Shown: positions 25,646 through 37,540, counted from the whole stretch's first letter. The stretch is DNA of 63,963 nt, filler included, from Thelocarpon superellum (GCA_026025795.1; 9 parts of 9 records of this genome joined end to end with filler, not necessarily neighbours in it), one strand, 5' to 3'. A program made the numbers and translations. The notes: generated by a model not told the origin, from the letters alone.

Positions 25646-25953
25646 CGATTGGTCAAGTGAACCCTCTCCTTTTGGAATTGGGCGGACGGTATATTCCGAG
25701 AACCGCTGGACATGTCTGCCCAGATTCCCCGTCCCGAGACTGAAAACCCTAGGCACCAACGCCCTGGCACGGCTATCTGGCGGATACAAGTTCACAGGAT
25801 AGGTGATACGGACCACTCTCTATTGCATGGGCATGCGCGTAGATGCCTTTAATGTCACGGGCCGCTTGTAAGGCACAAAAAGTGTCTGCGAGTCGGCGGT
25901 AGGATTGGGAGTTTGCGATGCTTGGGTTCACGAGCATGAATGGCTGTATAATA
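25646..25953 (+). promoter_or_regulatory. Probable ATP18 promoter: three ATTGG (reverse CCAAT) boxes and a TATAAT
   Basis: ATTGG near 25648, 25677 and 25904, TATAAT near 25947, about 200 nt before the ATG. CCAAT/HAP control of respiratory genes is established, but the assignment here is inference. Confidence 0.3.
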
Positions 25954-26155
25954 GTTAAAGCAGCGACAGAATCGGGCAAAGCGGCGTCGACCGACGACCA
26001 GCCGAACTCATCAACTCATCTCGAATGTCCGCCATCGCCAACAACTCTCAGTCGACGATTGACATCTACCGGACGTAAATTCTCCATCTTAGCGTTCCAC
26101 CTCCCACTCCCCATCCATACCTCCCTACAGTCCGACCCTCCACTAGAATACGACC

Positions 26156-26640
26156 ATGTCGTTGTTGGGCAAGAAGTTTCCCGCGCCGATCGGTTCGTCT
26201 TCATCATCGCCCCAATCCCTTCATCATGCCCGCGCCCGTCCCCCCATCAATCCGTCTTGCAGCCCTCAATTGGACCCGCGTGTGCTGATATGAATCTGTA
26301 GCGAAACCCATGGCACCGTTCTTCGCGGCCGGTGCGCGCCTGTCCTTCCCTCCATTGCCGACCGTCGAGTCGCGTCCACCGTGGCCTTACCAAGCTGAGA
26401 CGTGCAACAGGTCTCGTGATCCTTTACGGCGTGAATTCCTTTTCCAGTCTCCTTGCCAGCTGTATGTGAAATCTTCTCTTGTCGCGAACACCCGAACGGC
26501 AGCCCAGATGAGTGGACAATGGGGCGGATAGTAAGAGGACGATGGCTGATTCGAGGTCTTGATCCCCACCAGCGCCGGAATACGCCAACGATCCGCGAAA
26601 CCCCAACGCCAAGGCCGCGAAACCAGCCGCTGGCCACTAG
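26156..26640 (+). CDS. ATP18: Mitochondrial ATP synthase subunit j (i/j), 61 aa, exons 26156-26192, 26302-26331, 26411-26461, 26573-26640
   Basis: Spliced translation MSLLGKKFPAPIAKPMAPFFAAGLVILYGVNSFSSLLASSPEYANDPRNPNAKAAKPAAGH carries the KKFP.P..KP..PFF.AG and NDPRNP signature. Confidence 0.93.
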
Positions 26641-27540
26641 TCTCAAGTCGCATGGAACAACATGGGGAAGAAGGGATGGAGGCGAGAGGTGATTTGTGAT
26701 GATAGATGGGCTGGGGTCCATCGGGTGCGTTGAACCGGATGTAAATCATAGCATTCCTTATGGAAAGGCCTCGGGACAGTGCAAAATGCAGCGTTAGACC
26801 AATATCCGACGTGACGTCTCCCCATGAACTCGACGTTCACCCTCCTACGTTTGCCCGCCCTGCGTTACACTCAATGAGGTCTCCAGCCATACTACACGTT
26901 CCAACAACACTCTCGCTGACGAAAGTTCGCGACGGCGGAGATGGCGATGGTGGAGAGCCCTTGGTCGGAGAGATTAATGAAGTAGATACAACGAGACGCC
27001 CGATCTAGGATCCTTCCGTGCAGCTGCGCATGCGTGGTTCCGATCCGATTCCATCCCATCCCATCCTTTACTGTGCCCATTTCATTCCACCGCAATCGCC
27101 ATTGCTGCCGCTGATCCTCCGCTAATGCCCGTAGAAGCGCCCTTCCGGTACGTGCGCGCACGCACATAAATGCTACATACAATTTCCCTGGCTGTCCTAT
27201 ACTACCCTACCATGACATCCGGCGCATAGCCGGTCGATGAAGGAGACTGTGAGGGGAAAGGAACGGAGAGGGAAGGGGAGACACGAGACCGGGTGAGAGA
27301 GAGATATGTGCATGGTCGGACGACCTGTAAGCCGGGATGTGAGCTTTCCGCAACCGAGCAACCGTGTGCTTTTTTGATCGGACACCGCACAGGGTATTCA
27401 CGGTCCGAGGAGAAGAAGAAGAAGGAGAGGAAGACGAAGAAAAAGAAAAAGAAGGAAAAGAAGGGGAAGGAAAAGAGGTCGCGCAAGGGATAGGACGCCG
27501 GTGTCGGCACCACAAGTCCGGCTGGTGGTGACGGCCCTGT

Positions 27541-29312
27541 TCATCTCTTGCACTCCGGAACGCCACGCGATTCAGGCTTCCACATCTCGGGCTGAAAGTC
27601 AGAGTTGAGAAAGTGGGCTGGATTGAAATGCGAACTGGTCTCATCAGCGTGTTGCTCGCAAAGTCGTGCCTAGTTACTCACTCGCGAAAGGTAGCCGTCT
27701 GAAAAGGTTTCGTGGCCGCGGGAGACGGGAAGAAGCTTTCGTACTCGTACTTAGAGTGACGGAAACTTCCCGCCTTATTCTCCAGGGCGCTGGGACTCGT
27801 GCGGAAGGTCGGGCTTGTGGGAATGGCCGGCACCGGGAGGACCGGTCGAGGCCCAATCGACAGAGGGGACAGAGGTACGGTGGAGACCGGAGACAGGGGC
27901 ACGGCGGCCTGTTCGCTCGACACGGACGGAGGGATCGACAGCGGAGGCATCGGCATCGAAAGGCCCATGGGTATCATACTACCCCCCGACATGCCCACGT
28001 ACGACATGCCGGGAATAGAGGCCAGGCAGGGTACGGCGCCATGACCAATCGCTGCCGTCGGCAGGTCCTGGATCTCGTTGTAGCCAATGTCGACCAGCGC
28101 CACTTGCGTCTGGGGAATCTCTGGGGCCGCCTCGGCGCGATACAGGATGTCGTAGTGACCCCTGAGACTGTCAATTCCAGTCCCCGCAAACGCAGGACCT
28201 TCGGGACACATACGGTCGGTACAGGAGTCTCATCGTCGGTGCGGTGTAGATGGGTGTACCCGTCGCGTCACATGTTTCAAAGCGGTGCTCGTTGACCTCT
28301 AGGCCGGGGCTCCGATCGAGGTAGAGGATTTCCACGGCGAAGCCGGCAGGCTTGACCAAGGCGTCGATCATTGCGTTCATGCCGACATGTTCAATTTCGA
28401 CTTGATAGGGCTCGATCTGGGCCGCGCAGTACTGCTCCACGGTGCCGTCGAGGATGAAGGGTTGGTACGAGGCCGGTCGAGTCTTCATCCACGCGCTCGT
28501 GATAAGCTAAAGGCCGGGTGAGCAACGGCCTCTGGAATCACGGGAGGGGTCCATGACGTGGCCAGGCATACCCTGAAATGCGTGATGATGGCATTGGACA
28601 CAGCAGGGTCGTTGAATTTGTCGAAGAGCAGCGTGTCTCCCGTCGCGCTGGGTGGGGACGATGCAATTAGGCGGAGCAAACTTATGGTCTCGTCCACGAA
28701 ATCCTCGTAGAGATAATGCTGGAATCCGGCGAGGTTCAGCAGATTGTTCAGCGACCGCAGCCGCGTCTCCTCCTCGAGGATCCGTTGGCGATCGCCCACG
28801 CGCTGAAGCGTCTCGAAGTAGCTGAAGGCAATGGCTGATGGTAGGTTAACGATGTGGAATGGAGGGAATCGACCTCGCTGGCGGGGGCTCCGCCTGGAGA
28901 GTCGGAGGAGAAAGACCAACCTCTCCAACCGCAATTCCCATCGCCCTTGACCGTCCGATAATGGGAGTATTTGTTGGGAAGGGCCTGGGCGAGCGTAAGA
29001 GTCAGAGCCTGTGCCCGGGGAAGCCAGCGGGGGTATGAACCTACCGCGGTCTTTTGGACGAAGACGGGATCCGCCTGGGCGTACTCCGAAGTCAAAGCGT
29101 CGCTCGAGCGTAGTGGTCCCACGAGTGGTCCCTGGGAATACCGAGTCGCAAATCAGTTCACGTTATGAGGTCGTTCGATGCACCGACGAGAGGCATGATT
29201 GGAAGGGATGTCGACGCTGGTTTCGCTCTTCCCTTACCTCGACATCCGGCTGGTACTCATTGGAGAGCTTCTGTAGCTGTGCCAGCTCCTCCTGGGCGGC
29301 CGAGGCCTCCAT
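27541..29312 (-). CDS. Otubain-type deubiquitinase (peptidase C65), multi-exon; start could lie further upstream
   Basis: YSHYRTVKGDGNCGWR|AIAFSYFE catalytic Cys, LLYRP|GHYDILY catalytic His and C-terminal FRDSHFNPAHFLNSDFQPEMW. Confidence 0.9.
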
Positions 29313-30825
29313 CTTGCTCACAGGATGCCGTTTGTTTGGAAAGTTGGGGCATGGAATTGATGGTGGTGGAGAGGTGAAGGCCGAGGTGTCGGGAAACTCC
29401 GGCAGGTGGTGGGGCAGTGGAGTCAAATTGGACGCTGCACGGTGCGGCAGGACAGCCGCGAGAGGTGAGGCTGCAGTGGTGTACGGGTGGGCTTGACGAC
29501 GCTGCTCTAGCCGTCTGGTCCACGCACCAGAAGGATGCATCATGGTACTCTCGCCGTCCATGACTGTTGGTGAGAGAGCGGAGTCGATCGTCGCTGGCGA
29601 CGCTTTTACATCCAAGTCCCACGTGGAGCCCTTTTCAATGGCGATTGACAAACGGCCCAGAGCTGTTGCCGGCTACTTCAAGACAGCAGCGACGAGGTGG
29701 TGTGCACGCAGGACAGAGCAAAGCTTAGTCGGTGTGACGTCGGGTTGTTTAACGTTCTGCGACAAGTTCATATTCGACGGGCGACTGAGTCGGCGACTAC
29801 GAAGTGGAGGGGGAACCGGGCGAGAGGGGAGTGGGGGGGGCAAAAAGACGACGAGCGCCAGAGGCTGGCCCGGAGGAGCAGCGAGAGGGTGAGGGTGAGA
29901 GTGAGAGCAGCAATTCGGGTCCATGCAGCGCCCTGCTCAGCACTCGGAATCCCGCTTGATTGCTAACGTCTGAGCTGGGGTCGGGGTGGTGGAGGATCAT
30001 GGAGATGGGTGCCGAGGCGGACGCATTGCTCGGCCTCACCGTCGATACTACTCGCTGGGTCTAGTGCTTCCAGTGGACCAGCTCGAGTCCGATCACTCGG
30101 CTGGGCGCTGGGCGCTGGGCGCTGGGCGCGAGGGTGGGCGGGCGTCGAAAGGCGTCGCTCGGTCTTGACGAACGCTGGGCACGATGGTGGGCAGGGGTTT
30201 TCTGCGGGGGTCAAGCCCGCTGCGTGTGGTGCATCCGGCAGGGCGAGCACATCGGGGGGACCAAGACGCATGCCGGCAGGTCCGCCAGTCGGCCGGCCAG
30301 CAGTCAACATGCCGATCAGCTTGAGCAAACAACTCTGCATACCGGCAGACCAGCCGCCACCGGCAGGCTCGACGCGAGTGGTAACAGCACCGAGATCGAC
30401 AGNNNNNNNNNNNNNNNNNNNNNNNNNNNNNNNNNNNNNNNNNNNNTTAATTAATTAANNNNNNNNNNNNNNNNNNNNNNNNNNNNNNNNNNNNNNNNNN
30501 NNATGGTGTGCAGTAGCTTCGCCCGCATGGACCCGGCGACGTCGATGAAGCTCATTCGCCACTCGCACGTCTACCGCTGGGGCCGGTAGGCCCGCACCGC
30601 CCCATCGGCTGCGGGGAAGCCGACCACGTAGTGGCACGTCCACCCATGGCCTCTGCACCTCTTGTCCTTTCCACCCTTCTGCCATTGACCACGACCGTGG
30701 ACCACGACGAGGACTACGACCAACCTGGCACGGCCTGCATCCACATGGCACTAGACACGTCCGACGGCTTGCATGGATCGTGACAACACACCTGTAAGGT
30801 CTGTTTCTTCTGCATTGCCGGCGCC

Positions 30826-30914
30826 GTGCATCCATGGACGGTGCATCCATGGACGGTGCATCCATGGGCGGTGCATCCATGGGCGGTGCATCCATGGACG
30901 TTGCATCCCTGGCG
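30826..30914. repeat. 15-bp minisatellite (GTGCATCCATGGRCG) x5 plus one degenerate copy
   Basis: Seen directly. No spacers between units. Confidence 0.9.
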
Positions 30915-31316
30915 TACTTTTCGAGCGCATGGCGGCACGGGCGGGATAGGGTTACAATCTTGAATGGATCGGCGCGTCATCTCACATCGCCCCATGCCGT
31001 CTCTTGTTCGAAGACGAGTCATGATGTGTCCCTCGCCCCGGTCGATGCCTCTCCTGCCGACGAGTACTGCGGCTAGTCCGGGGGAGGGTCTTCGAGTCTC
31101 ATTTCTTTCATGTACTCTTAACGTCGAATCAAGGCAATGGTCTGTTGGGCTGACTGGTCTCGTATTCCATTCCGTTCCTTGCCGTTGCCCGTCCCCGCCC
31201 CGCATCCCTTTTCGTCCAGACCTTTCCCTCTCCTCTCGTCCAACCATTTTCTCTCTCGTCCCGCCTCCTGCTCCTCGTCCCCGCCGCGCTGGTCTCTTCC
31301 CTTCCCGTGGCTCCAC

Positions 31317-31781
31317 CTACTCCTCCAGAATGTCCTTCAAGGCGCCGTGGCAAACGCAATAAAAGACGATGCGAGCGAAGAGATACAGACACGGAATCAG
31401 CAGCACGATGGCCGCGGACGTGAGCATGATGACGATGACGATGATGACGACCACCTTGCGTGCCCCACCGATCTCCTCCACCGGTCCGAGGGCCATCTCC
31501 TGCGCGAGAGACATGGTGGTCGTGGCATCGCTGTCCATGCTATAGCTTGCGGTGGCGTTGTCGGGCGTGGATCGATGGAGATGACGCACGGCGTTGACCC
31601 TCCCGGCCGTGGCCGCGTCGGCGCGGATGAGGTGCACGCTGGTCAATTGAGAGCTGGTGTGGACCGTGTCATGTGTCGCCAGGTCGATCGCAGTCTCGGT
31701 CGGATGGGCGAGGACGACGGGGACCAGACCGCTCATGCTGACCAGGGTGAGAAGGAAGGCGACGGTCGAGGTCAATTGCAT
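31317..31781 (-). CDS. Orphan single-pass membrane protein, 154 aa (signal peptide, Ser/Thr/His-rich ectodomain, TM helix, Cys-containing tail)
   Basis: MQLTSTVAFLLTLVSMSGLVPVVLA|HP signal, VVVIIVIVIMLTSAAIVLLIPCLYLFA TM segment and FYCVCHG tail. Confidence 0.6.
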   Translation of the reverse strand: MQLTSTVAFLLTLVSMSGLVPVVLAHPTETAIDLATHDTVHTSSQLTSVHLIRADAATAGRVNAVRHLHRSTPDNATASYSMDSDATTTMSLAQEMALGPVEEIGGARKVVVIIVIVIMLTSAAIVLLIPCLYLFARIVFYCVCHGALKDILEE

Positions 31782-32363
31782 CGTGACCGTGTTTCGACTG
31801 ATCTCGCAGCGAGGGAGGGAGGGATGTGAGGGAATGCAAGTTGCAAGATGTTTCAGGCCAGCAGGTGATGCGAGAATCACACTGGATGCGGAATATGTGG
31901 CGCCGTGGAAGATGTGGGAGATGAAGCAGGCCGCATGAGAGAAAGCAACTCCCGCGAGGTGCTATCGACTGACGACAACGCGTCTGGCAAGCCCAGTTTG
32001 CAGGCGCCGTGCCCGCTCATCGTCACTGAAATTAGCGTCGCCGTCACTGAGAAATGTACTGACGATGGGCACTTTTCGTGAATGCAAACAATTTACGACA
32101 CGAAGAAGACCACAGCAGGGAGTGCTCCCTCGAGGCATGAAGAGACGGGGACATCACGACAGCACAACTACCCGAGGCCCCTCTTGACCAAGTAGATGGT
32201 ACAGGGCACTCCCCGTGATCTGGGCATAAGTGGTGTTAGTAGCATGGGGTGCCTCCACAGCACCGTCAGTGTCTACGGCGTAAAGACGAGCCGGAGGCGT
32301 TCGATCACGTTCAATCGCTCTTCACCAGGCCATCGATCTTGATACTCGTCAACACGACGCCGA

Positions 32364-32415
32364 TCGTCCACTGTGTTCGTCCACTGTGTTCGTCCACTGT
32401 GTTCGTCCACTGTGT
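32364..32415. repeat. Perfect 13-bp tandem repeat (TCGTCCACTGTGT) x4
   Basis: Seen directly in the sequence. Confidence 0.9.
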
Positions 32416-32779
32416 GGCGACCTCGACGCATCCAAAGTCATTGGCTTCGGCGCCATGCTACTATATTCCTCGCAGTAACGTTCCCACGCTGTGGCAGTAG
32501 TGGAGGGGAGGTGGATGTACGCCGACTTGCCACCGGTAATACTGAGTTGGTGACCTCGTAGGTCCATCTCGCCTATTCTCCGGTTGTGGAATGGCCCGAG
32601 TCGCCGGCCGAGAGTCGCTCGCTACTGGCGAGTTTGGTTGGAGAAAGAACATGCCGGTACTGACGAAGCTTCCATTGATCATTGATCCATTGATCCACTG
32701 ATCAAATCATTCAAGCTCCAACGGGGCCAACCAGCCCTCGTCCTGGATAGCGACTACCTCCCGGCACTGGTTCCCGGCC

Positions 32780-33793
32780 ATGCCTCCTCCCGTCACACCG
32801 CGCCCAGGCCTCCTGCGCGCCCCGCGAGCGCCACTGGTCCGCCGTGCAAGATGCTCCGCCCAGGCTCGTCCATTTACCCAGTGCCATGCGCGCCGCGCCG
32901 CCGAGATCGCCCCGTCCGGCACTCGGGAGATGCGCAACATCCGGAATCCCGAGCAGGTGGCCAAGGATCAAGGCCAATTCCCCGATGAGATTGGCCTGCT
33001 TCCGTGTGCGTGGCCTCCCACCCCATCACCGTGAGCATCACCATTGACCACCATACGCCTGCTAGACACCTTTGTCATGCCCGCGCGCGTCAACCGGCCT
33101 CCGCTCTTCGCCGCTTGGCGCGATCGATGGACCTTGGTGTGGGCCCAGCAAAAGTACCGGGTCATGGGGCTCATCAGCCTCATGCTCTATCGCACCAAGC
33201 CGAAGCGGCGGGTGAAGCTACAGCGTCGACAGATCCCACCGACCGCAGAGGCGCTCCACTTGCGCATGTACAACGCCGTGGCGACGTACGTGGCGCATGC
33301 ATTGGGTCGAACGACCGCTAATGGATCGCAGGGCCGACTCCAATACCCTCCGCCTCGTGTGCGGCCCGAGCCTGGTGAACCGTCTGCAGGCACGGATCCA
33401 CGCGCGCGGCCGCGCCAAGGTGCGGTGGACCCTGCACCGATACACCGCGCCCATCAAGATCATGTCCCATAGCGCCCTGGCCTTTCCCACCGGCGCCGCC
33501 GGCATCCGGCAGGCCGTCGTTCGCGTCCAATCGCAACAGAGCCTGGCCCACGTCGCGCGCGATGGCAGCGTCGTCCCGGGCACGGGCCACCCCAAGGAGA
33601 TCCGCGAGTACCTGGTCCTCCAGCGCGTGTTGCGGGACGGCAAGGAGGGGCCCTGGAAGGTGTGGGGTACGATAGAGGAGACGAATCGTATGTGATGGCG
33701 GGAGATCGGTCCACATCCCTGCTCGCTGCTAACGTTATCCTGGCAGTGGACCGGTTGAGGGACATGGAAAAGCTGGCCGAGGCTTTTACGTGA
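32780..33793 (+). CDS. MBA1: Mitochondrial Tim44-like domain protein, Mba1/mL45 type (4 exons)
   Basis: Arg-rich mitochondrial presequence, EIGLLP|DTFVMP, RQAVVRVQSQQSL and REYLVLQR..WKVWGTIEET. Confidence 0.7.
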
Positions 33794-34804
33794 GCGCAGT
33801 TAGCGTCGGGCGGAGGTCGTCATCATTCTCATTGCTTCGTTGGCGGAATGTCATCTCGCGTTGGGAGTCATGTCATGACTGCATCAGCGCATTTCTCCAA
33901 CGGCGACCATCGATCTATGAAGGTTGATGAGACGGCACCTTTGCCCATCGTGTTGCATCTACCAATGTACGAGAACATGACTCTTGGGTCTCGCAAGGAC
34001 ATCAGATCACGACAAGCAAGGTTGACAGGTTGTCCATTTGTCCATTTACGTCACGGCATGCGCGTCCAGGTCTGGAGCTGGGAATGCATGGGCACGGGCA
34101 CGGGCATGGGCACGGTGCGAGGTCGGAGGCGGCAGCAAGACATCGCGAATCGCCAAAGCCCCCCACGTCCGCCATGCACGGCACTTAGTGTGCCCACCGC
34201 CGACCAATGGACCGGCGCCTTTGTAGACCCTGGTCAGTCTTGCGACGTCCGACGATAATTGTAGCGCATCACGTGATGTCCATCGATTCTGTCACGGGCC
34301 AATCATGACGTGGGGGCCCCCAGCTAGCTCATGCCGGACGCCAGGTCGGTGGGAGAGTTTGGCACAGTGTCATTAGTCGCCCTAAGCTCCAGGTAAGCTT
34401 CCCCAACAAGCCGCCTGAAGCCCGCCGAGCCTCCGCGCGTCGCCCACCTAACTAACCTCTCCGAGCTCGTCAGGTCAAGAGTTCGGTCCGTCGGGAAGGA
34501 AGAGACATGGGCCACGGGCGCAAGTCATCCCATCCATGTGCACGCCATCTTTCTACCTGCCTTCGTCATGACTACTTCTCTTCCCGCCTCGTGCATCGTA
34601 CATTAGCCTAGTCGCTGGCATTGTGTCACACGCCGAGATCGCTGATGGGCCGAAGCTACGAGTGCACATATAGGCTGCGTGGTCCATCAGTCGTCTACTA
34701 ACCCGTCCATCGGATCTGCCGTCATCCCACCACTTTGCCACGGTCGCATTCACCCCTCAGTGACCGGCAGTGTCATCCACTTTCGATCCTTTGACCCCAC
34801 GACA

Positions 34805-37243
34805 ATGGGCGCGCCCTCGTCCCAGGCATCCAATGCCATCATCTACCTGACCTATGGAGCATTCCTGTTCGTGGCCGTCCGCGTCGCGGCTGCTTCTGCC
34901 TCCCTCTCACGCACGCCGTGCTGATGGTCTGACCAGGGTCACCGGCCTGTACATCGCCTGGCGTCTCCGACACCAGAGCAAGGCGCAGTTCCTCTCGAGC
35001 AATGGCACGCAAAAGGGTCAGATCATCAGGCGCATGCCGTGCCCCCCGCAGCCACTCGCACGATGGTCCCATACTAACCTCCCCCAGCGTTGCCCCTCGC
35101 CCTAAACTTCATCGCGTCGGGTGAGTGGCCATGCATGCCCCAAGGGGCACGGTGGAAAGCGGCAGCGATGGCCATGCCGAGCTCGTGACAAGCCACCGAG
35201 CCACCGAGCAAGCATGATGGAGCATGCATCATGTCCTCATCTCCAGATCTAGGTTCGTTTCTGTAGCATTCAACGCTGGACCGTGGTCGGGGCGGCGTGC
35301 ATACCGTCGTCGTCCTGCACCGGCTCCGGCTCGTCCCGGCCACGGTTGAGCGCGGCTTCACTACGGGCGCTGATCCCGGACGGAGGCGGGACATCCACCT
35401 CTCTGCCATGCAGGAGAGATGTCTCCGTCCGTCTGGGGGATGCTGAGATTGCACCGTAAATACTCGATCAAGTTAATGCTTGCGTGGGGAACGTGCTGCC
35501 GCTTTCGACTCCCCCTGCCCCTCCCCCTCCCCCTGGCGACGAGCATGCTGACCGCAGATGAAGCGCTGGGATCCGGCATTCTGTTCACCTACCCGGAGAT
35601 ATCCACCATCGCCGGCGTCCAAGGCTTGGTCGTCTACTGTGTCGCGTCGGCCTTGCCCCTGATGGTCTTTGGCTACCTGGGACCCATCATTCGACGCAAG
35701 ACGCCCGAGGGCTTCGTCTTGACCGAGTGGACCCGGCAGCGATATGGACTGGTCGCCGCCTGGTTTCTGAGCGCCTTGACGTGGGTCGACTGGTCACGGA
35801 GGTCATCCGGAGACTGACGGTGACACAGCTTGATCACCATCTTCCTGTACATGGTGGCCGAGCTGTCCGCCTTGCAGCAGATCATCAATGCCCTGACCGG
35901 GCTCAACGGGCTTCCCGTGGTCATTGTCGAATGCGCCGTCACCACCATCTATACCTGTGGGTGCTCTAGTACCAGCGACCGTGAACTACGCTGACATGCC
36001 CCCACGTACGACAGCCATGGGCGGATTCCGCGTCTCTTTCGTGACCGATAACATCCAGGGAGCTATGGTGGTCGGCTTGATCATCCTCGGCGTCATCTCC
36101 GTGGGCGCCACGACCCACATTGACCGCAGCTTGATTGACTCGTCGGGACTGCTCAATGCGAGTCTGCTCGGGTGGCAGTTGATCTACATCCTGCCCGTCG
36201 CGGTCCTCACCAACGACTTTTTCATCTCGGTATGCACCGCACCACACTGCACCACCTGTCCCAAAGCTCGGCGACTAACCCTCCCAGGGCTTCTGGATGC
36301 GCACGTTCGCGTCCAAGACCGACAGAGACCTCGTCATCGGCGTATCCATTGCCACCGTCGTCGTCCTGTGCATCCTCACGTTGGTCGGATCCGCCGGGTT
36401 ACTGGCGGCATGGACGGGCACGTGGCCTGGCAACCCGGCGCAACCGGGCGACATCTCGCTATTCCTGCTGCTCGAGAACCTACCGAACTGGGTGGTTGGC
36501 GTGGTGCTCGTCATGGTCGTGTCCCTCAGCACGGCCGCGTTCGACAGCTTCCAGTCGTCTATGGTCTCGACCTTTTCCAACGACTTCTTCCGCAACCGGC
36601 TGCCGATCCTGTGGGTGCGCGCGGCGGTCGTCATCATCATCGTGCCCGTGGTCGTCGTGGCGCTCAAGGGCCCCGACATTCTCCAGATCTTCCTCATCTC
36701 CGACCTGGTCTCAGCGGCCGTGGTGCCCGTGCTCCTCGTGGGCCTGAGCGACCGCTGCTACTGGTGGCGCGGCTTTGAGGTCGTCGTCGGCAGCCTCGGC
36801 GGCATGTTGACCGTCTTCATTTTTGGCGCCATCTACTACAACGACGCGCAGCAGGGCGCGTATTTGCTCCTGCTCGAGAATGGGCTGTACGGCAACGACT
36901 GGAGTGCATTTGGTGTGTTTCTCCCCTGCGCCTCTCTGCATGCCATGCATTCATCTAACAATGGAAACCAGGCGCATTCGTCGCAGCGCCAATAGGCGGT
37001 CTCATATGGGGGTTTGGCGCCCTCGCACTCCGCCTCACGATCCAGTGCGTGTTGGCGCGTGTACACAACCGCCGCTTCGACGCGCTGGATCGCCCGATGC
37101 CGCTCGGTGCCTCCTCTCCCTCCTACGTCGCTTCGTCGGTTGGTGAGAGGGGTATCGAGGACGCAGAGTTGAGCGATGAAGAGCGTCGGAAGCATCTGGA
37201 GACGGGCGGGGTGAAGGCCACAGGGGAGGGAAAGTTTTTCTGA
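34805..37243 (+). CDS. Sodium:solute symporter family transporter (often labelled urea transporter; NCU01977-like putative thiamine or thiamine-precursor transporter), multi-exon
   Basis: LNFIAS|ALGSGILFTYPEI, PEGFVLTEW..RYG, LYMVAELSAL, GGFRVSFVTDNIQG, FWMRTFASKTD and STAAFDSFQS. Many TM helices and one unusually long intron (35121-35563). Confidence 0.9.
35352..35502 (+). ncRNA. TPP (thiamine pyrophosphate) riboswitch aptamer inside intron 35121-35563
   Basis: P1 GCGGC..CAC/GTG..GCCGC, P2 ACGG(35363)/CCGT(35454), extended P3 GGACGGAG/CTCCGTCC and GACATC/GATGTC, conserved GCTGAGA (35442-35448), GATC, P5 CAAG-TTAATG-CTTG and GCGTGGGGA. Confidence 0.93.
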
Positions 37244-37503
37244 TTGACGACGGACGGGAGGATTCGAATCGTTTCGTACCTGAGGAGGAGGAGGAGGAGG
37301 AGGAGGAGGTGGTGGTGGAGGAGTAGCCAGTGTGCATGACATCTTTCATTTCTTGACGGCCCAGTCTACACATGAAGTATGACCGAAATTGTATATGAGA
37401 TTATGAACGAGACTAAACAAAAACGAGACCGAGATCGAGAGTGATAACAACAAAGATCATGGTCGATTGCGTATCCGCCTTCCTCTTCCCCTTACTCCCT
37501 TAC

Positions 37504-37540
37504 ACCCTTGACCCTTGACCCTTGACCCTTCGCCCTTCAC
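37504..37540. repeat. Heptamer repeat (ACCCTTG)n
   Basis: Seen directly in the sequence. Confidence 0.7.

Noticed and set aside
30826..32415. Tandem arrays as CRISPR-like repeats
   Set aside because: No spacers, units of only 13-15 bp, eukaryotic context and no cas genes.
10755..37243. Nitrogen-regulation cluster (areA plus a 'urea' transporter)
   Set aside because: The genes lie on different, artificially joined contigs, and the transporter carries a TPP riboswitch.
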